Source: Trichormus sp. ATA11-4-KO1 (GTDB taxonomy: Bacteria; Cyanobacteriota; Cyanobacteriia; Cyanobacteriales; Nostocaceae). Taken from it: DNA of 64,000 bases. Positions 21,811 to 31,900 of this stretch are shown here, in pieces (positions within the stretch are counted from its first letter, which is position 1; every line of letters begins with the position of its first letter). The DNA is taken from the NCBI GenBank assembly GCA_019358915.1, contig JAHHIM010000007.1:1-64000 (forward strand), written 5' to 3'. The translations under genes were made by a program, and so were the position numbers. A model generated the notes under the pieces. The model was not told where the DNA came from, made no database searches, and saw nothing but the letters and a program-made list of their open reading frames with translations.

Positions 21811-21866
21811 AAGAAATAAGGAGAGCTACTTGGGCAGCTCTCCAGATCATCAGGGTGCATCTACTT
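21811..21866 (-). ncRNA. Putative sRNA copy 1 (NsiR1-like 5' motif GTAGATGCACC)
   Basis: TATACT -10 at 21872-21877; body AGTAGATGCACCCTGATGATCTGGAGAGCTGCCCAAGTAGCTCTCCTTATTT with terminal hairpin; paralog 410 bp away. Confidence 0.65.
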
Positions 21867-21890
21867 AGCACAGTATAGCATTTTTGCCAT

Positions 21891-21907
21891 GAGGAGTAAT
21901 ACCCATT
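21891..21907. promoter_or_regulatory. HetR-box-like imperfect palindrome at about -35 of sRNA copy 1
   Basis: GAGGAGTAATACCCATT compared with the hetP-type GAGGGGT-N3-ACCCCTC (from memory). Confidence 0.4.
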
Positions 21908-22220
21908 ATTTATTTTCTTGTATAAACATTGTTAAGAAATTACTTGGTAATTACTTAACTCAAAAGATTATAATTGAAAACTGTAATTTTGATTACCATG
22001 AATAAATATTTAATTTCAGTAGTGCTGAGTGCTGAGTACAACCCTATAGTTAAAACTAGGGGATTGAAACAAGGACACATTTTTTCTGGCACTGCGTGTC
22101 TCGAAAAAAATGTTTTTACCTAGCTTCATAAATAAATTTAGGGGCTTCAAACCCTATATGCTCAGTGCAGTTAATTTTACTTTTTACTCAGCACTCAGCA
22201 CTATTTTGGTGATAAGTACG

Positions 22221-22276
22221 AATAAATAAGGAGAGCTACTTGGGCAGCTCTCCAGGTCATTAGGATGCATCTACTA
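22221..22276 (-). ncRNA. Putative sRNA copy 2
   Basis: TATTCT -10 at 22282-22287; body AGTAGATGCATCCTAATGACCTGGAGAGCTGCCCAAGTAGCTCTCCTTATTT. Confidence 0.65.
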
Positions 22277-22300
22277 AACACAGAATAGCTTTTTAGGTGT

Positions 22301-22317
22301 GAGGGGTGTCACCTATT
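22301..22317. promoter_or_regulatory. HetR-box-like imperfect palindrome at about -35 of sRNA copy 2
   Basis: GAGGGGTGTCACCTATT; same offset from -10 as in copy 1. Confidence 0.45.
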
Positions 22318-22363
22318 TTTCTCTGTTGTTTGTAAATATCTAATGAAGAAATTACCGTTAAAG

Positions 22364-23851
22364 CTACAGACAAAGCTCAGAATTTAGTTTCTGTTCCACC
22401 AATTCATTAGTCAACTTCGGATCAGCACGTTTACTAGTCTTTTTTAAAACCTGCCCGACAAAGAAGCCTTTAAGGTTGGTGTTGCCGTGGCGATACTTTT
22501 CTAGTTCTTTGGGGTTGGCGGCTATCACTTCATCAACAATTGGTCTCAGTACAGTAGGATCGCTGATTAACTCCTGACCTGCAAAAGCTTTTTCCGGAGA
22601 AATACCTGACAGTAAATCTGGCAGCTTTTGTTTAGCTTGGGCGTTACTGATTTTACCAGATTCAATGCGAGTGATCACCTCGGCTAGATTGGTGGGAGTT
22701 AGAGCAATTTCCGTAATACTGAGCTTTTGCTTGTTGAGGTATGCGGCGATATCTTGAGTAATCCAGTTAGCAGCAGCTTTGGGATTTGCTCCAGCCGCGA
22801 TCGCCTCTTCAAAATAAGTAGCTACGGTGCGGTCTTCTGTCAAAACTCGTGCATCGTAAACCGAAAGCCCCAACTCATTTTCGTAATGATGGCGTTTTTG
22901 GGCTGGGAGTTCTGGTAATTCGCTGCGCCATTGCTCTAATTGTGCATCTGACACCTCAATGGGTGCTAAATCTGGTTCGGGGAAGTAGCGGTAATCGCTA
23001 GAACCTTCCTTAGTCCGCATACTAATTGTACGTTGAGAACCTTCTTCCCACAGGCGAGTTTCTTGGATAATGCGATCGCCTGCTTCGATGGCGGCGATTT
23101 GCCTTTCAATTTCGTAATCAATCGCCCGTTGAATGGCGTTGAAGGAGTTCATGTTTTTAATTTCTACCTTGGTGCCAAACTCCTTTCGTCCCACTGGACG
23201 CACGGAAATATTCACATCACAACGTAGAGATCCTTCTTGCATATTGCCATCACTCACACCGAGATAACGCATAATCCGGCGCAATTCTTCGGCATATGCA
23301 GCAGCTTCTTCACCAGAACGCAAGTCAGGTTCCGAAACGATTTCTACCAACGGCACACCTGCGCGGTTGTAGTCTACTAAAGAATAGGCTGAACCCGATA
23401 GGCGGTCACTACCTGCGTGTACGAGTTTGCCTGCATCTTCCTCCATGTGTAGACGGGTGATCCCAATGCGTTTGCGAATGGGGTTCCCCTCAGCATCTAC
23501 CAACTCAATTTCTAACCAGCCATGTTCGGCAATGGGTAGGTCATATTGAGAAATTTGATAATTTTTCGGAAGATCCGGATAAAAATACTGTTTACGGTCA
23601 AATTTGCTACATTTAGCAATTTGGCAATTTAACGCCAAACCCGCCTTCACAGCATATTCTAAGACTTTTTGATTCAGTACGGGTAAAACTCCAGGTAACC
23701 CCATACACACAGGATCAATATTAGTATTAGGGTCAGCACCGAATGCTGTAGAGCTATTAGAAAAAATCTTCGTATTGGTACTCAGCTGACAATGAGTTTC
23801 TAGACCAATAATCGCTTCGTACTCAGTTTTTACGGTCGTAGCAGCAGTCAT
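22364..23851 (-). CDS. gatB: Asp/Glu-tRNA amidotransferase subunit B
   Basis: IGLETHCQL, FDRKQYFYPDLPK, YRYFPEPDL. Confidence 0.99.
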   Translation of the reverse strand: MTAATTVKTEYEAIIGLETHCQLSTNTKIFSNSSTAFGADPNTNIDPVCMGLPGVLPVLNQKVLEYAVKAGLALNCQIAKCSKFDRKQYFYPDLPKNYQISQYDLPIAEHGWLEIELVDAEGNPIRKRIGITRLHMEEDAGKLVHAGSDRLSGSAYSLVDYNRAGVPLVEIVSEPDLRSGEEAAAYAEELRRIMRYLGVSDGNMQEGSLRCDVNISVRPVGRKEFGTKVEIKNMNSFNAIQRAIDYEIERQIAAIEAGDRIIQETRLWEEGSQRTISMRTKEGSSDYRYFPEPDLAPIEVSDAQLEQWRSELPELPAQKRHHYENELGLSVYDARVLTEDRTVATYFEEAIAAGANPKAAANWITQDIAAYLNKQKLSITEIALTPTNLAEVITRIESGKISNAQAKQKLPDLLSGISPEKAFAGQELISDPTVLRPIVDEVIAANPKELEKYRHGNTNLKGFFVGQVLKKTSKRADPKLTNELVEQKLNSELCL

Positions 23852-23970
23852 ACTATTATCACTATTGGGGCATAATCTTTACTTTAGGGTACTATTTTAG
23901 CTTGTCTGAATCTTCGGCGTTGCTGAATTAAAGTATGAATCAGGCGATCGCGCCAGCGTTTTTGCCCTAG

Positions 23971-26556
23971 TTATTTCTCTTGAAAAGTCCAAACTCCCTC
24001 ATCCCAATCAAACTCTGTGGGAGGTGATTGTAACCAATGCTGACACCGGAGAAGATGCAACATCGCGGCTTTGTCCTGGTTATCAACGCCTAAGACTTTA
24101 GCAAACTCAGCTCTAGCAAGGGTAAACTGACGACTGAGATAATACTCACGTCCTTTGTGGTAATGCTCAATAACTTGCAATTTGTCGCTACTAACAGTAT
24201 CGGAACGCAATCCCACCAATTCATAAATGGCTACTGGCTCGTTTCTGCCTTTGACGCGAATGTAATCTAGTTCTCTAGCCCAGATATGCTCTTGGCAAGG
24301 TTTAAAGGTATTATCACTGAGAATAATATCGCAACCGTACTGTTTACTGACGCTTTCTAGCCGGGAACCGAGGTTAACGCCATCACCAATAGCAGTAAAT
24401 TCCATGCGCTTACTAGAGCCGATGTTACCACTAATCACAGTATCAGAATTGATGCCAATGCCGATGTTAATTCTGGGCTTACTTGCGGCGTAGCGACGTT
24501 GGTTAAATTCATACAACCGATGACGCATTTCTACTGATGTTTGCACCGCCATCCAGGCGTGGTCTGCTAAAGGTAAAGGGGAACCAAACACAGCCATGAT
24601 GGCATCGCCGATATATTTATCTAGAGTACCTTTATGTTTAAAAACGGCTTCCACCATCGATTCAAAATATTCATTGAGCATACTCACCACTTCTTCAGCT
24701 GCCAAATTTTCCGTTAAAGTGGTGTACCCGCGAATATCAGAAAATAAAATCGAAACTTCTTTGCGATCGCCCCCTAGTTTAGCATCATCCAATTTCAGTA
24801 ATTCTTCTGCTAATTCTTGAGTCATGTAGCGGTACATCGTACTTTTGAGGCGCTTTTCATCGCTGATATCTTCCATGACAACCAGTGCGCCACGGACTTG
24901 CTGTTGATCGCTAGCATCAGCAATGGTGTTAATCGATAAATTAATACTGTGTTGTTCTGTTCCAGTACTAACAAGTGTGCGATCAGGGTAATATTGCTGA
25001 CAGTGTTTTAAATTATTGGCGTGTAGAGCATCCTGACACCACTTACTAAAGTCACCTTCTTTAATAGCGATCGCCTCAGTAATTAATTTACCTTCTAAAC
25101 GGTCTTCGGCTTCCAGTCCTAATAAGCGCTTGGCACTTTCATTAGCCGCAATAATTGACCCTGATTTGTCCGTGGAAATTACACCATTAGAAAGACTACG
25201 CAAAATGTCCCGTTGCATTTGTTCTTGTTGCTTGACTGTGGCAAACAACTGGGCGTTTTGTAATGCTACTCCCGCTTGAATATTAAAAGCTTCCATAAAT
25301 TCTTCATCGTTACAGTCAAAACTAGCTTGGAAGCATTCGGGAGCCTTGGGCCAAAAAGCCGGATTATATGGCGGTAAATCTCCTGATTTCTTTTTATTAA
25401 CAAGCTGCGTCACCCCAATCAATTCCTGATCGGCATTAAACACCGGCATACATAATAAACTACAGGTACGATAGCCATTTTGCTGGTCAATTTGTTTAGC
25501 TGTTTCCGAGTCAGGATGATCATACAAATCAAAAGGAATATTCAACTTTTGACCAGATGCAGCGACAATACCAGCAAAGCCTTTACCTATCGGTACTCGT
25601 AACTCCCTAGTTAAACCATTATCTTGGGTAATTTTTGTCCATAATTCATGGCGATCGCGATCTATCAGCCAAAGAGTACTGCGATCGGCATTCATCAGTT
25701 CTTTAGCTTCATCCATGACCCGCTTTAAAGTATCTTCTAAATCAAGACTACTTTGACTGAGGGACTTGATTGCTTTCATTAGCGCCGCTACTGCTCTTTG
25801 TTTTTGAGTCGCCATATAAAACGAGCGCGACGACTCTAAAATCAATCTAATTGAAGGAGCAAATTCTTGAAATAACTGTTCATCAGCCGTAGTAAAACCT
25901 TGAGTATCAATGCGCTCTGAGATGGAAGCATCTGCCTGATTTAGCAATTTTAATTTATTGAGTAGTTGCACCACTGCCACTAATTTTCCTTGTTCATTCA
26001 ATAGTGGCAAAGCCAGCATTGTGTAGGTGCGATAGCCAGTTCTTTTTTCTTGTTCCTGAGCAAATACCGAACGCGGGTCTTGATAAAAATCAAAAGGAAT
26101 ATTAATTACTTGTTTAAAAGTGGCTACTTCACCAGCAATCCCTTTATCTGCGGGAATGCGAATTTCTAGAGAATGTTCCCCTTCTCCTTCAGCTAAAATT
26201 GACCAAAGTTCTTGTTTTTCTTCATCTAATAAAAATATAGTTGTCCGGTCTGCTCCTAGTAATTCTCCTGTTTTTAAGGTAATCGAATGCAACATTTCTT
26301 GGAGAATTGTTTCAAACCCATGAGAATCTAACATTGATAGGGTTTGATGCACAATTTGTAATTTTTGCTCGACTTCCGTAACAACTTGTTTAAAAGTATC
26401 CTGAGTTAGAGGAGCAAGAAACGTAGAAATAGTTCCCTTTTTTCTAGCAAGAGTACCCACAGGAGTTGAATTCGCTTGCAAGTAATAATTTTCTTGGTTG
26501 CTAACACCAATAATTAAACCAGCAGTCTCTCCAAAACTACGTTGATGCACTGACAT
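23971..26556 (-). CDS. cyaB2: Adenylate cyclase GAF-GAF-PAS-CYC (CyaB2 type)
   Basis: Two GAF domains (GIAGEVA, GFAGIVA), PAS, FSDIRGYT, KYIGDAIM, GDGVNLGSRLE; N-terminus resembles Anabaena CyaB2. Confidence 0.88.
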   Translation of the reverse strand: MSVHQRSFGETAGLIIGVSNQENYYLQANSTPVGTLARKKGTISTFLAPLTQDTFKQVVTEVEQKLQIVHQTLSMLDSHGFETILQEMLHSITLKTGELLGADRTTIFLLDEEKQELWSILAEGEGEHSLEIRIPADKGIAGEVATFKQVINIPFDFYQDPRSVFAQEQEKRTGYRTYTMLALPLLNEQGKLVAVVQLLNKLKLLNQADASISERIDTQGFTTADEQLFQEFAPSIRLILESSRSFYMATQKQRAVAALMKAIKSLSQSSLDLEDTLKRVMDEAKELMNADRSTLWLIDRDRHELWTKITQDNGLTRELRVPIGKGFAGIVAASGQKLNIPFDLYDHPDSETAKQIDQQNGYRTCSLLCMPVFNADQELIGVTQLVNKKKSGDLPPYNPAFWPKAPECFQASFDCNDEEFMEAFNIQAGVALQNAQLFATVKQQEQMQRDILRSLSNGVISTDKSGSIIAANESAKRLLGLEAEDRLEGKLITEAIAIKEGDFSKWCQDALHANNLKHCQQYYPDRTLVSTGTEQHSINLSINTIADASDQQQVRGALVVMEDISDEKRLKSTMYRYMTQELAEELLKLDDAKLGGDRKEVSILFSDIRGYTTLTENLAAEEVVSMLNEYFESMVEAVFKHKGTLDKYIGDAIMAVFGSPLPLADHAWMAVQTSVEMRHRLYEFNQRRYAASKPRINIGIGINSDTVISGNIGSSKRMEFTAIGDGVNLGSRLESVSKQYGCDIILSDNTFKPCQEHIWARELDYIRVKGRNEPVAIYELVGLRSDTVSSDKLQVIEHYHKGREYYLSRQFTLARAEFAKVLGVDNQDKAAMLHLLRCQHWLQSPPTEFDWDEGVWTFQEK

Positions 26557-26713
26557 AAATAATTTTTGATATAAATGAGATTTTAGAAATAATCAATATC
26601 GCAGATGTTGTTCAATCACTCAGGCATTACCTATTTGACTGACAATACTCATAGAGGTACTGGATATAGAGTTCCCAAAAGTTGACCAGAGTGAACACGG
26701 GGAATAGGGAATG

Positions 26714-26888
26714 GCAGGGTGGTTTCATACAAAGAGAGAAAAATAATAATGGTTTGTAGAGGATGGAGAAAAATGGATAACTAACAAGTATGAATCTCGT
26801 CGAACAATTGCAGCAGGTCCCAGACTATAGGCACATCCGGGGATGAAGACATGAATTAAGGTTTTTTCCTTGTATGAAACCACCCTGC
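26714..26888 (+). mobile_element. Internally deleted ISAs1-family element
   Basis: Perfect 19-bp TIR GCAGGGTGGTTTCATACAA; ATG 26790 encodes MNLVEQLQQVPDYRHIRG*RHEL, like ISAs1 transposase N-termini. Confidence 0.8.
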
Positions 26889-26959
26889 ATTCAGAGGGTT
26901 TAAGTTGAGAGCATCCACTTTTGGAAGAAACACCGGGCGATTGGAAAAGAGCCTCCGGA

Positions 26960-27100
26960 TGCCGCTAGGCTGTACGCGGCTATACAAACAAAACCCGCAC
27001 TTCGACAAGAGTTTGGCGAAGGCTACTTCGACAAGGCTCAGTACAAGTCACTCGAGCCGCGGACTTTGTTTGTGTAGCCCCAGACTTCTAGTCTGAGGGC
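26960..27100. repeat. Nested REP/SDR-like repeats
   Basis: ggctatacaaacaaa ... tttgtttgtgtagcc inverted pair enclosing cttcgacaag units; ccagacttctagtctg hairpin. Confidence 0.7.
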
Positions 27101-27102
27101 AA

Positions 27103-27255
27103 TCTGCTGCTTTAGCTTACTCTACAGGTTTGGGTAGTGAAATGATCCAGGCAGCGCTGACTACTTGAAAACGCCATGATGTAGTTGAAGAAGATTCAGG
27201 GAATTGGCGAATTATTGTAGAACTGTTTCGTCGCTGGATTTTGCAAGAAAAATAG
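27103..27255 (+). pseudogene. 3' remnant of a gene, resembling C-termini of cyanobacterial AAA-ATPase-like proteins
   Basis: SAALAYSTGLGSEMIQAALTT*KRHDVVEEDSGNWRIIVELFRRWILQEK* with an internal TGA. Confidence 0.5.
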
Positions 27256-27419
27256 GCAACTCAAATATCTGAATACAGACTTTATATTATTAACTAGAAG
27301 TCAATCTAAGGGCGATCGCATCTCGGCTAACGATAATTATAGAGCGCGTTCCACCTCAGCATAGTGCATTAGTTATCTTTCTCCAATTGAGCCTAATTCC
27401 AGATGCTTCTAAGAGTGCC

Positions 27420-27543
27420 TAAGTAGGTGGGTGGGAAAATTTATCGCTAGGATAAGGCAGAAGGCAGAAGGCAGAAGGGAAGAGGGTTTTAAGCTGATTC
27501 ATTTTTCTTTACATAGTTGATTTTATTTGTGCCTACCTACTTA
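27420..27543. mobile_element. MITE-like element with TAAGTAGGTRGG ends and internal GGCAGAA heptamers
   Basis: taagtaggtggg ... cctacctactta; ggcagaa x3. Confidence 0.55.
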
Positions 27544-27587
27544 TAGGAACATCGACTTAAGCATAGCTGAAAATTTCTCATAACCAT

Positions 27588-27618
27588 AAAAAAATGAGGA
27601 TGGCATATACCATCCCCA
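27588..27618 (-). terminator. Terminator of the variant psbA
   Basis: Minus strand GGGGATGGT-ATAT-GCCATCCTC followed by a T run. Confidence 0.7.
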
Positions 27619-27664
27619 AATTAAGCAATCATAGAAAACAACAATTAAACCTTGAAAAACGCCC

Positions 27665-28762
27665 TTAGCCGTGAATAGCTGGAGCAGTTAAAGCTACGGG
27701 TGCGGCTTCACCCGCAGCCAAATCTAGAGGGAAGTTGTGAGCGTTGCGTTCATGCATCACTTCCATCCCTAAATTGGCCCGGTTAATTACATCAGCCCAA
27801 GTGCTAATTACACCACCTTGTGAGTCAAGCACTGACTGATTGAAATTGAATCCGTTCAAATTAAACGCCATTGTGCTAATACCCAAAGCAGTGAACCAGA
27901 TACCAACAACAGGCCAAGCTGCAAGTAGGAAGTGAAGAGTACGACTATTAGCCGCAGTTCCTAATACTACCTCGTTGAGTCGTCCAACTAAACGACCGAA
28001 ATAACCGTGGGCAGCTATGATGTTATAGGTTTCTTCTTCCTGACCAAACTTGTAACCATAGTTTTGAGACTCAATTTCGGTAGTCTCACGCACCAGGGAA
28101 GATGTCACGAGTGAACCATGCATGGCGCTAAACAACGCACCACCAAATACTCCCGCTACGCCCAGCATGTGGAATGGGTGCATCAAAATATTGTGTTCGG
28201 CTTGAAACACCAACATAAAGTTGAAGGTTCCAGAAATACCCAAAGGCATACCATCAGAAAAAGAACCTTGACCGATGGGATATACCAAAAACACGGCGGT
28301 AGCGCTAGCTAAAGGCGCGCTGTAAGCTACGCAAATCCAAGGACGCATACCTAAGCGATAGGATAACTCCCATTGACGACCCAAATAACAGGCGCAGCCA
28401 ATCAAGAAATGAAAAATGATTAGTTGGTAAGGGCCACCGTTATACAACCACTCATCTAAAGAAGCAGCCTCCCAGATGGGGTAGAAGTGTAAGCCAATGG
28501 CGTTAGAAGAAGGCACGACTGCACCAGAAATGATGTTATTGCCATAAATTAAAGAACCAGCAACAGGTTCGCGGATACCATCAATATCCACAGGAGGTGC
28601 AGCAATAAAGGCGATGATAAAGCAGGTGGTGGCAGTTAGGAGAGTGGGAATCATCAGGACACCGAACCAACCGATGTAAAGACGGTTATCAGTGCTAGTG
28701 ATCCATGCACAGAAACGCTCCCAGACATTGGCGCTAGAGCGTCCTTGTAAGATGGTAGTCAT
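27665..28762 (-). CDS. psbA: Photosystem II D1 protein, atypical QB-loop variant (365 aa)
   Basis: Full D1 with Y161, D170, E189, H190, H198, H215, H252, [13 protein letters not shown] and C-terminal extension; IFQYASFNN replaced by [14 protein letters not shown]. Confidence 0.97.
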   Translation of the reverse strand: MTTILQGRSSANVWERFCAWITSTDNRLYIGWFGVLMIPTLLTATTCFIIAFIAAPPVDIDGIREPVAGSLIYGNNIISGAVVPSSNAIGLHFYPIWEAASLDEWLYNGGPYQLIIFHFLIGCACYLGRQWELSYRLGMRPWICVAYSAPLASATAVFLVYPIGQGSFSDGMPLGISGTFNFMLVFQAEHNILMHPFHMLGVAGVFGGALFSAMHGSLVTSSLVRETTEIESQNYGYKFGQEEETYNIIAAHGYFGRLVGRLNEVVLGTAANSRTLHFLLAAWPVVGIWFTALGISTMAFNLNGFNFNQSVLDSQGGVISTWADVINRANLGMEVMHERNAHNFPLDLAAGEAAPVALTAPAIHG

Positions 28763-28834
28763 AGACTAAAATAATTCCAATGATTTTGTGAATGATTTAA
28801 AGTTGCTGTTTCTGGGGAATCAACAACTGATAGC

Positions 28835-28909
28835 ATCATAGAAAAGCTGCTAATTGTTTGCAGTAATTAAAAGTTATTCAAAGTTACAAATTATAGTTAG
28901 CTTTAGTAA
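28835..28909 (-). promoter_or_regulatory. Putative promoter of the variant psbA (-10 TATGAT) with an upstream phased direct-repeat array
   Basis: TATGAT on minus at 28835-28840; AGT(T/A)A at 28862, 28872, 28882, 28895, 28905. Confidence 0.55.
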
Positions 28910-28923
28910 GCAACATTAGACAA

Positions 28924-31900
28924 ATGACTGTCGAAGAAGCCTTAGTAATTGTAGAAAGCATTCTGGGAAAAGCATCTTTAAATGATTTACAAGAAATCAT
29001 TTTTCGACAGTCCTGGCAACAAAAAACATATCCAGAAATTGCTGAAGAGTTTGGTTATGATGCTGACTACATCAAAATTGTGGGCTTTCGACTGTGGAAA
29101 AGTCTCTCCCAAGCAATGGGGGAAAAAGTAACGAAAGATAACCTCCGCGCATCTCTGAGAAGATGGCATTCTCATCAACTCATTACCCCCACTCCCCTTC
29201 GACTGCGCTCACGGCAAGCCAACTCCCGTTCGGCTACGCTCAGCGCCAGCCAACTCCCAACTCCCCAGTGCGATTGGGGTGAAGCCCCTGATGTGTCTAT
29301 TTTTTACGGTCGTTCTCAAGAACTGGCAACATTAGAACAATGGATTATTCAAGAACGTTGTCGGTTAGTAGCGCTATTGGGAATAGGGGGAATTGGGAAA
29401 ACTTCTTTATCTGTGAAACTGGGTGAAAAACTTCAGCAAAACTTTGAGTATGTGATTTGGCGATCGCTCCACAATGCCCCCTCTATTGAATCACTGTTAA
29501 CTACCTTAATTCAAGTACTTTCCCCCCAACAAGAAAATCATTTATCTGCACCTATCTTTGAGCAGATTTCTCGACTGCTTACTTATCTGCAAAAGCATCG
29601 CTGTCTGCTAATTCTCGATAATGCAGAGATTATTTTGAACGCTTGTGAAGGTCGTACAGGTCAATATCGCCCTGGTTATGAAGGTTACGGTGAACTGTTT
29701 AAAAGGATTGGTGAATTTCGTCACCAAAGCTGTTTGTTGCTAACCAGTCGAGAAAAACCCAAAGAAGTGGCGATACTGGAAGGTGAAATGTTGCCAGTAA
29801 AGTCTCTACCATTATCTGGTTTATCAATCGCTGATGGACAAGCAATTTTTAACTGTAAAGGTAGTTTTACCGGGTCAAGTCAGGAATGGCAAAGTTTAAT
29901 TCAATCTTATGCAGGTAATCCGTTAGCATTGAAGATTGTCGCCACTACTATTCGGGATTTATTTGATAGTAATATTGGCAATTTTATTGATGAAGGTACT
30001 GTAATATTCGGTGATATTCAAGATTTAATTGAACAACAATTTCAACGGTTATCAGCTTTAGAAAAAGAAGTGATGTACTGGTTATCTATCAACCGCGAAC
30101 CTGTAAATTTTAAAGAAATCCAAGCTGATTTAGTCTTGCCAATTTCCTCGGCTCAACTACTGGAAGCGCTAGAAGGTTTAGAAAGGCGTAGTCTAATTGA
30201 AAAAGGTAGTGGCTTATTTACATTACAACCTGTGTTGATGGAATACATGACCAGTTGTTTAATTCAACAGACTTATACTGAAATTGCAACTCAGAATATT
30301 TCCTTATTCAAAACCCATGCACTAATTAAAGCTACTGCCAAAGATTATATTAAAGAAATTCAAATTTATCTGATTCTCAAACCTGTTATTCAAAAATTAC
30401 TTTCAGTTTTTGGCAACACAAGCCAATTAGCAAATCATTTAATGAGTATTCTGGCATCCCTGCGGGGTAAGAAACCAATTGTAACTGGATACGTGGGCGG
30501 CAACACTATCAATTTACTCCGCCAAATGCAGGTTGATTTAAGTGGTTATGACTTTTCTCATTTGACGATTTGGCAAGCTGATTTGAAGGGTGTGAATTTA
30601 TACCGGACAAACTTTGCTCACTCAGATTTAACAAAATCTACTTTTACAGCTAATCTTAGCTATACTTTTACGCTGGCAGTTAGTCCAGATGGCAGTCTTC
30701 TGGCAATTGGAGATACCCTCGGTAAAATATCCTTGTGGCAAATCACAGACGGACAGCAATGTTTAACTTGGGAAGCACACGCAGGTTGGGTGCGTTCTAT
30801 TGTGTTTAGTGCTGACGGCCAAACTTTATTTAGTGGCAGTGATGACCAAACTGTTAAACAATGGGATTTCACAGGTCGCTGCCTACAAGTCTTCAGCAGG
30901 ATGCACACAGGTTTTGTGTGGTCTGTAGCTCAGGCTCGCCAACAACACTCACATAGCAGTGATTTAGTCCTTGCCAGTGGTGGTATGGATCAAATGGTAA
31001 AATTGTGGAATGTCCAGACAGGAAAATGTCTCAAAACCCTGCAAGGACACACAGATTGGATTTGGGCGATCGCCTTAACTTCCAACGGTCAAACCCTAGC
31101 TAGTGCCAGCGCTGACCGTACTATCAAGCTTTGGCATGTCAATACAGGTGAGTGCCTCAACACATTGCAAGGACATACAAGTATTGTTTGGTCTGTAAAA
31201 TTTAGTACAGATAACAAAATGCTAGTAAGCGGTAGTGCTGATGGCACTGTGAAGATTTGGGATGTAGTAACAGGATATTGTCTGCAAACTCTCCATGGTC
31301 ATACAGCCCATGTTTGGTGCGTCGCCTGTAGTACTGATGGTAAAACAATAGCTAGTGGTAGCGGTGACACAACAATTCGCTTCTGGGATATTCATACTGG
31401 AAAATGCTGGAAAACGCTACAAGGACACTCCTACACCGTTCGTTCTCTGACATTTACTCCAGATGGACAAACCTTAATTGCCAGTGATGATAACCAAACT
31501 GTTAAATTCTGGGACCTTCTTACAGGACAGTGTTTCAGAACTTTTTGTGGACATGGTAGCGGTGTGTGGGCATTAGCAACCTTTCCCTTGCATAATGACC
31601 CCAGCAGCCAAATATTGGCCAGTGGAGAAGACCAAACAGTTAAATTATGGGATATTGACACTGGTAAATGTATTAAAACCTTGAAAGGTCATACAAATTG
31701 GGTGCGAACTGTGGCTTTTCATCCTCAAGGTAAAACCATTGCTAGTGCGGGTGCTGATGAAACTGTGAGAATTTGGGACATAGATACAGGAGATTGTCTA
31801 CAAATTTTACGGAACCATACGAACTGGTTGCTGTCAATTACCTACAGTCCAGATGGAAAAACCTTAGCTAGTGGTGGTAGCGATAAACAGGTGCGAATTT

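Noticed and set aside
27665..28762. Variant psbA as rogue/sentinel D1, chlorophyll f synthase, low-oxygen D1' or pseudogene
   Set aside because: All Mn-cluster ligands and the processing site are present; G80, F158, T286 and Y126 are unchanged; there is no far-red gene cluster; the frame is intact with a promoter and terminator.
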